64,000 nucleotides of DNA from Octopus sinensis (Eukaryota): the NCBI RefSeq assembly GCF_006345805.1, contig NC_043004.1:21638001-21702000 (forward strand), written 5' to 3'. Made by a program: the position numbers and the translations under genes. A model generated the notes under the pieces. The model saw nothing but the letters and a program-made list of their open reading frames with translations. It made no database searches and was not told the origin of the DNA. Each line of letters begins with the position of its first letter. Within the stretch, counting starts at the first letter, position 1. Shown here piece after piece: positions 56,332-64,000 of the stretch.

Positions 56332-56508
56332 TTATATCTTGAGACGTTGGTTGATAATGAAGGTGAAAATGGGAATGAAGAAAAAGTGGAAAAACAAAAA
56401 CAAAAAAATGGATATATAGAAGGAAAAAATGAAAAGAACGACCCTGTGCATTTACCGGCAAAAGAGATTGACTCGACCAAAATAAAAATATCGTTAACCT
56501 ATACTATG
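56332..56508 (+). CDS. Possible internal coding exon (59 codons, phase 0-0), product unknown
   Basis: ccctttgcAG| acceptor, open frame LYLETLVDNEGENGNEEKVEKQ...ISLTYTM, ATG|GTATGC donor. The pyrimidine tract is weak and I recognise no homology. Confidence 0.25.
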
Positions 56509-56642
56509 GTATGCGACAGTCAGCTAAACATCTATCTTTTCCTCTGTCTGTCTCTCTGTCAATCTATCTACCTATCTATCCGTGCATCCACCCATCCATC
56601 AGCCATCCATTCATCCACCTATCCATCCATCCATCCATCCAT

Positions 56643-56684
<42 letters not shown>

Positions 56685-57364
56685 ATACACGCACATAAAC
56701 ACACACACACAAACACACATTTATATATAAATTGTTAAACACCTACATACACACATATATAAGATTATTACTTGCAGAATATTATATTACAGTTGGACTA
56801 AGAGAAATTGAATTCCAGATTTTGAATTTGTGGCAAAAAGATATATCACTGATATGACCATTATCAACACAACCACTATCATCAACGTCCTCTTACTCAT
56901 CATCAACTTCATTATCGTCGTCGACATCATCATCATCATCATCATCTTTGTCGTCAGCGGCAAGAGACTCAATAACAAATCAGATGAAAACTTGTCCTGT
57001 ACTTCAGAGATTTTATGAGTTAATTTCGCGTACCACTATCCTTGCGTTCGTGTGTTTGAATATGTCACAGTGCCTGTGAAGGAAATATAATAATGTGCAC
57101 ATGTCAATAATATCTTTCAAGGTTTCTCAATGATGCCGTATAACATCTGTCTTAATATTTACCTCATTATTGTTGTGAAATATAATCCTGATTATCCGTT
57201 TTTTCTTCTTTATTTATATTCATTTCTTTCTGTTCCATAAATATACGTTATACTAATAACAACTTTTGTTCTGTCTTGGTAACTTTATCATTTCTATTTC
57301 CAAATATATATTTTTGTGTGGATGTGAGAATTTGTATATATATGTAAGATGATATGACATGATG

Positions 57365-57417
<53 letters not shown>

Positions 57418-57479
57418 TTAAATTATTGGTGTGTGATTCGTGTTTTGTGTTTCACTACTATAATGTGCTATAGAACATG

Positions 57480-60400
57480 TCAATAGACATGTAGCTAAAC
57501 CTGCATTTTTCGTCTTATGTAAACAATACATCCACATACACAATTTGCGTTTTAACAATGATTTAAATATCTTCAGCAGCTGTTCACTTTCCTCAATAAT
57601 ACACAAAAACACTGCATAACGCTAAAAAATCACGCTGATAAAGTAAACTGGATAGACCAATTTGCAAATTCAACAATTTTGGGGTGACTTTTCCAATATT
57701 TAAATGTTAGTATGTTAACTGCGATTCGTATTAGTATCTTAACTGCGTGTTGTAATGCTCTTGTTGCAGTGTATCTATATATCTTGTAGCAATATAGCTC
57801 TTTAGCTATTTATATGACAACTATAAATATTACCTTTATATAATACTATGCTCACTGTTAGGAGAAGAAAGGACAGGTGTATTTGCTGAGCATCTCAACA
57901 GAGCTTGTGGAATCGCGTCGGAATATCAACCGACGCACTGCTTGTAAATATAACTGTTGACGACTAATATACATAGTTAACATGATTTTGTTGGCAGCAA
58001 GTTTGCGTATTGAATTATTTGGATGTTAATAACGTTTTGTTTTATTGACATCATGTGCTATAGTTCATGAATAGATATTTTTCCAAGACTGTATGCTACG
58101 ATGAATGTAAACAGTATGTCTATATACACAAAATTCTCGCTTACCTAAAAAAAGAACTGTTGCATATACTGAATATTTCAACCATGCTTGAAGTCTCGTC
58201 AGTAGTTGTGCAGCTTCCTTGGTTCTTCTCGACCATACTGTTTATAAACCCATTAATACTAGTGGCTAAAGGAAACTGGATAGACCAATATGTATATTTA
58301 ACACTTTCTTGTTATTTAATATTGAATTAGTGTTGTTTTAACAGTGTTTTGTCTCATTGATATAATGTACTACAAAACATCTAAAAAAAATTGAAGTAAC
58401 CCTGTATAACACGATTAATGGAAACATTACCTTTATATACACTGTATGATCATGGACAGAAAAAGAGAGAACAGATGTATATGCTGTACATTTCAACCCT
58501 GTTTGGAATCTAGACGGCAACTTTATACGTTCATTAACAATCCAAGGAACACACTACTTACAAACCCACTGATAACTGGGTGAGAATCAAACGAAATAGA
58601 CTAATTTTCATCATTAGAAATTTTTGGGCAGAATGTTCAGCTATTAACTCAGAATGTTCATCTATAAACAATGTTTCTTTTCAATACTATTATATTGTAT
58701 AGTATATATCTACATACTTCTTCCCAACACTATATGGGACAGCGAATGCAAACATTGCGTTAATATACTCAGTATCCTCTTGCAGAAAAAAATAGGAAAC
58801 ACCTAAGGATTACTGCACATTTTAACTGCTCTTGGTGTCTCCTCAGCTGAGCCACAAAACAGAAATGCGCTTCTCATAGGTTACTGATGTTGGTGATTAC
58901 AGTAACTACATATACGAAATTGTATATTCAGCAATTTTTCTAGCAGAAAGGTCGGTTATATAATCACAAATGTATTACAATGTTTCGTTTCATTGCTGTC
59001 TATATATACATAATACGAACGCCGACAAAAAGGAGGAAACAAATTTATATGTTGTACATTCAATTCTGCTTGAAGTTTCGTCAGCAGCTGTATATTCTCC
59101 TGAACTATCCACAAACAATCTGCTTCTAAGCTTTTAGCTATTAGTGGCTAAAATATACTGGACAAACAAAATTGCACATCTAACATTTTTGTCACCAAGT
59201 TCGAATATTATTTCTTTGATATAATGAACTATAGAAAAATTATTTAAAATTAACCCAAACGGTATTCTACAATAAATATTACGACTATATACACTATGTA
59301 CGTGGACAGAAAATAAAAGCGTCAACTGTATATGCTGAAAATTTCAGCTCTGCTTGCAGTCTCGTTAGCAGCTGTACGCCTTTTTGACATATCCAGAAAT
59401 TTATTGCCGTATGAACCCTCTAATTTTGATTTCATATTTTGGCACAAGGTCAGCAATTTTGGGGTGGTGGGTGTAAGTTGATGAAATGGATCCCAGTGTT
59501 CAACCAGCATTTATTTTATCCACACCGAAAGAATGAACGGCAAAGTCGACCTCGGCGGAATTTGAACTCAGAACTTAAAGACGGACGAAATGCCGCTTAG
59601 GATTTTTTAGCATGCTTAATACTTCATTGACAGCTGGTTCGAATAAATCATTAGAATATTAACATTATATTTCCGTTAAATTACTGTAAAGTAGTGTAGT
59701 GTAGTATATAGCTAAAGATTTTTAGACAATGCTTTGTTACGAGTAAACATTACGTCTGTATATAAATGTGCTTTCGAACAGAAAGAAAAGGTACTTCAAC
59801 TCAATGTGGAATCTCATCAACAACGGTGTTCTTTCTTTAATTATGCACGAACCCACAGCTTATAAATCCAGTGATATCAGTCGCTAAATTGAACTGGATG
59901 GGTACTCTGCATAAGTGACATTTCCTGGAATCTAGTTGTGAAGGATTCGTCTATCTAGTTTATTGTAGCCACTGTTGTTAGTAGATTTATAAGCAGTGAC
60001 TCCGTGGATGTTTAAGTAACGTTGCATAGCTGCTTTGAAAACTCCGGGGAGAGTTGAAATGTGCTGCACATGCAGTTGTTCCTGTCCTTTCTATCCACGG
60101 GAATATTGTGTATAGATTGATGTAACGATTACATTCATCGCAGCATACAATTTTATATGAAATAAAATACTGCAAAGAAACAAAATAGTATTAAACACGA
60201 GCAATTTAATAATCAGACTAAAGATTAAGATATCGTTTACAAACAGTTTGGCTAATAATATTAAAAGGTTTATAAGGAGCGTGATCGTGGATAATGGTGG
60301 AAGGCACAAAACAATTACTAGAAGGCTGCAAGCTAAGTTGAAATGTTCAGCATATATAGCCGTTTCGTTTCTTTCTGACCACGAGCATATTATATATATG

Positions 60401-61000
60401 TATGTATATCGACGTAACGTTTACATTCGTAGCAACATATAGTATTGGCAGAAAATCTATAAACACTATAGAACACTATAATAATGAAACGAAACGGTGT
60501 TAGCATAAATAGTTTAATGTTAGAAGTAGCTGGCAAAAATGTATTGCATATTAAAATTGATCTACGCTGTGTACATTAGCCATTAAAATCAGTGGGTTCG
60601 TGGATAGGTACCCACTCACAAAACTGCAAACGAAATTCCAAACAGAGTTTACATATGCTGCATCTGCCTCTGTTCTTTCTCTTTCTGCTCACGGCTTTCC
60701 TTTCTTTCAACATCTCCATGTTATCCATTTGCCTCTGTCCTTATCATAATACCTGCAGTATTATATGCAAATACTTCAGTCAGGCTAGGTACCAGTTACA
60801 ACGCGCTGCTTGAAGTATTTGGAGGTAGCAAGGCCTGTGTAATTTTACTGTGTATGATGCGGTACTTTCACAGCAATACGGCACGTAAGTAATTTAAATG
60901 CTGATAGTAAATTTGCAATTTTTTTCAGCGGTATCATCAAACGATACTTATCTATTTTAGTAATAGTTATTTTATTTTCCTAACTAACGGCTTTGTGCTG
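57480..61000. repeat. Diverged tandem array of ~290-bp units (about 8 on +, 3-4 on -) carrying a conserved hairpin
   Basis: Recurring motifs ggacagaaa, tatgctg-acatttcaa-ttgaagtctcgtcagcagctgta, ttataaa, agtggctaaa, actggatagac at ~245-330-bp spacing. Orientation switches near 59925. Confidence 0.8.
59420..59620 (-). mobile_element. ~230-bp SINE copy inserted in the hairpin array
   Basis: ggcaaagtcgacctcggcggaatttgaactcagaac..aagacggacgaaatgccgc is the reverse complement of the family core. Confidence 0.85.
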
Positions 61001-61737
61001 ACAGCTTAACAGTGATATTGACAACCAGTGGAAATCGGATGCAACAAATATTACTAGCATCTTTACCATCAATACTTACTTATCGGCTTTTCGTCATTAT
61101 TTACTTCTTTCGCATTAGCCAAAGCTTAAGATATCTAGATACACACGCACACATACAGGCACATGCACGAACACATATACAGAAGCGTGCACACACACGT
61201 ACACACATACGTACATATTTGTATGCATATAAGTATATGAATGTAACTGTAAGTGGAGAAGGTACAGAAAAACGAAACCCAAAGCAAAGAGCAAAAATAC
61301 ACACAAAGGCGTAAACGCGCTTCATCGACTGACAATTAAATATCATTACAATTTGTGCACATTGACAAAATATTTCAGTCTAGTGGTGTTGGTTGTGTTG
61401 CGGTTGGCTGAGATGAACATTACAGAACAGGATGATAACAGAAAATTACAGGAAAAAAAGAGCAAAGTAGATAGAGTTTCGTTTCGAAAAAGATGTGTGC
61501 TCAAGGATGAATGCCAAAATGAAAATTAGTCTGTGACCTTTTGATTTGGGAAAAAATTGAAATGCAAGAAGAAAGCAAAGCAAAGTAATACATGTGCGAT
61601 CGGAAAGAAAAAAGAATGAATGGAGAAAATAAGAAAAGATGTGAGAGTTAGCGGTGTTATAATCTGTGTAAAAAAAAATAGCAGCAAACAGAAGATAGAG
61701 AGAAAAGGTGAAGACGTGAGAAATATATATATATACA

Positions 61738-61860
61738 GAGAGAAGTTTAGTCAATAACAGAGGAAGTAGAGAGAGAGAGAGAGAAGTTTAGATAATAACA
61801 TAGGAAGTAGAGAGAGAAAAGTTTAGACAATAACACAGGAAGTAGAGAGAGAGAGAGAGT
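61738..61860. repeat. Minisatellite, 3 units of ~40 bp
   Basis: agaagtttag-caataaca-aggaagtagagagag repeated three times. Confidence 0.85.
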
Positions 61861-64000
61861 GAGTGAAAGAGAGGTGATTACGACGGTAAACAGAGACTGT
61901 TGTTGAGTAAAGAATTGTGTGTGTTATAATATATGAAAGAGAGAAAGAAGTTCATATAGCAAAGCCAAAATAGACGTAAATAATACTCGTTTTACCACCA
62001 TCAACAAGTTATCATTGAAAATTTCGGATGTCGACCCAAATTGCGTCTATTAAATTCTACTCACAAAGTATTTCTTAATCCGAGAAGACAGCTGGTGATA
62101 TTTGACCACATATAGAGCAGTATGCTGGAAAACGAAACCGGGTGGTTGTGAGGTGAACTAATCTCTGAACGTATCAAACATCTCAGTGAAAATTTAAAAT
62201 TCAAATCACTCTACTACTAGTCGATTGCTATGTAGAAGATTTACGAAAGGGGCTCGAGATCTTATAAATAATGAGAGAAAGAGGAACGAGTGACATGTGG
62301 GTATCTGAATGGAGAGTATCAAAACAAGCCAGCTCATGCCACTGAACTAGGTGTAAAGAGAGAAGACAGCTCATTTATATGTCAGGGTTTGGAGTGTATT
62401 ATTCCATTCCAATGAATCAGTAACCACTTTACTATGTAGTGTTGTGAGAATACCTGGAAACTGAAGTGTTTTCTGTCTCTGGAGAAGAACTATAATCTTT
62501 GTCAATGATTGTATGTTTTGGGACCTGAATTTAGTTTATAAAATACAATGAAAATATTGAAGCTAGAAAACATATTTGGTATAATCTTCAGATAGGAGAC
62601 ATTTTAAAAAATGTCTCGGCTAGTGAGTAGTTAGATAGGATATATAGCTATCAACATTCTCCTAAACCGAAACATTATGCTATCTAAATTCTTCACGAAC
62701 AAGCTCAAATATTTTTTAATCAGAGCGAGATAATGGCAGTTATAGAAGTTTATTGCCAGAATTGGTATTATTAGAAATGCAGATAGGATGTGGCTGTAAA
62801 AATGACAAAACCACAGCAGTTGGCATAACAACAATATAGCGTAAGAGAATAAACAAGTGACAAGAAGGCATTAAATGAAACACAACAGTAACGGTAGCAG
62901 TAACAAGAAACATCCTTCCTTCCTGTAAACAGCAAATGTAAGCAGAAAAAAAGAGGCAAACTGGGCAATAACATAAATTTTATAGCCAACTTTAAAGTCG
63001 ATAAATCTAAGAACAAAAGATACATGCGTAGGACTGGTGAAAAAAGAAATACTGATATAGATGTTATACAAGTCTGTATCATCCATAACAGCAAATGAAA
63101 ATATTCAGGTAAAATAGAGCACATGACACAAGAGAAATTGGAGTAAATGAATCCCGCGCAATTCGATTTGGCTTGTACCAAACTGACAATTAAATAGTGG
63201 TGCAAGATCAAAGTTTAACCTGGAAAAATTGGCTTCTTTCTCAATTTAGTTAAAGGGCTGGCAGTTCTGACTACACTTTTACATACATAAAAATACAGAT
63301 GGTTTATAACAAAAGTGATATGTTTCACCTAGAAGCAGCTTGATAGGAAATTCTTTTACAATGGCGCAGTGCATATATTAATCATATTTATTTGCTAGTT
63401 TATCATGATAAAATATAAATAAATAATTCACAGATTCTCTAAACATTTCTAGATTATACTGTCCTCGCTCAGACAGACGTGATAAATCTTGTGATTGTGG
63501 TTGTTTAATCCTGTGTTAGCCTTGACTAATGCAAAACCTTTTCAACTATGACATTTCCCTCTCATTCTAAAATACGCTATATCTAAGACTAACCTATCCA
63601 ATAATTTTAAATTATGAAAGACAGAAGGATATAATATGAAATGAGATAATTTGGTTGCTAATTTTAGTAAGATGAATAACAAGGCTAGGGCAATTGTGGT
63701 TATGTTTAGAGTATAACATTATTTTTACAGTATATGCAGACTAGGAGTAAACAGATACCATTTGATGACAGGTTTACGGATTTTAATTGTTTACTAATAT
63801 GATCTATGTTTGAAACACATACGGATTAATTCCTGCTTATCCTTCGGTCATCTAGTGCCAGTCATCCTAAAACTAGCGTGACGTAATTTGACTACACGTT
63901 ACTCTTAAATACAAAACCATTCTTCTACTGTTATAAAACCAGTATTATAATGCTTTGTACGCCAAGCGTAAGGGCTGAAACTTTGGAGAAACAGGGTTAG

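Noticed and set aside
58095-58175. C/D-box snoRNA reading of the array unit (ACGATGA ... CTGA)
   Set aside because: Neither box is conserved across units, and CTGA lies inside the covarying stem.
57480-61000. CRISPR-like interpretation of the periodic array
   Set aside because: The whole ~290-bp unit is homologous between copies, so there are no unique spacers. The context is eukaryotic and I see no cas genes.
62771-63211. 146-aa hydrophobic minus-strand ORF
   Set aside because: T-rich strand bias explains the composition; no recognisable domain or transposon motif.

Overview
AT-rich eukaryotic DNA, dense in microsatellites. It is most likely from an octopus, an inference from the tRNA-derived SINE families and the (TA)n/(CA)n load. 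I see no confidently intact protein-coding gene, and almost all long ORFs in the track are microsatellite artefacts or decayed transposon frames. The window is a mosaic of three tRNA-headed SINE families, an RTE LINE, R4/Dong-type (RLE) LINE fragments, a Tc1/mariner remnant, a Helitron-like element, three long fold-back elements and Penelope-type pieces. Two things stand out. First, an old tandem array of at least 11 units of ~290 bp (~57.5-61.0 kb, partly inverted). Its units carry a bulged ~52-nt hairpin showing compensatory and G-U substitutions, followed in several units at fixed spacing by TTATAAA and ACTGGATAGAC motifs; this is a candidate clustered structured-RNA or pri-miRNA-like locus. 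Second, five hammerhead-ribozyme-like motifs, two of them arranged back-to-back in the arms of one fold-back element. All structures were paired by eye. Coordinates of decayed elements are approximate.
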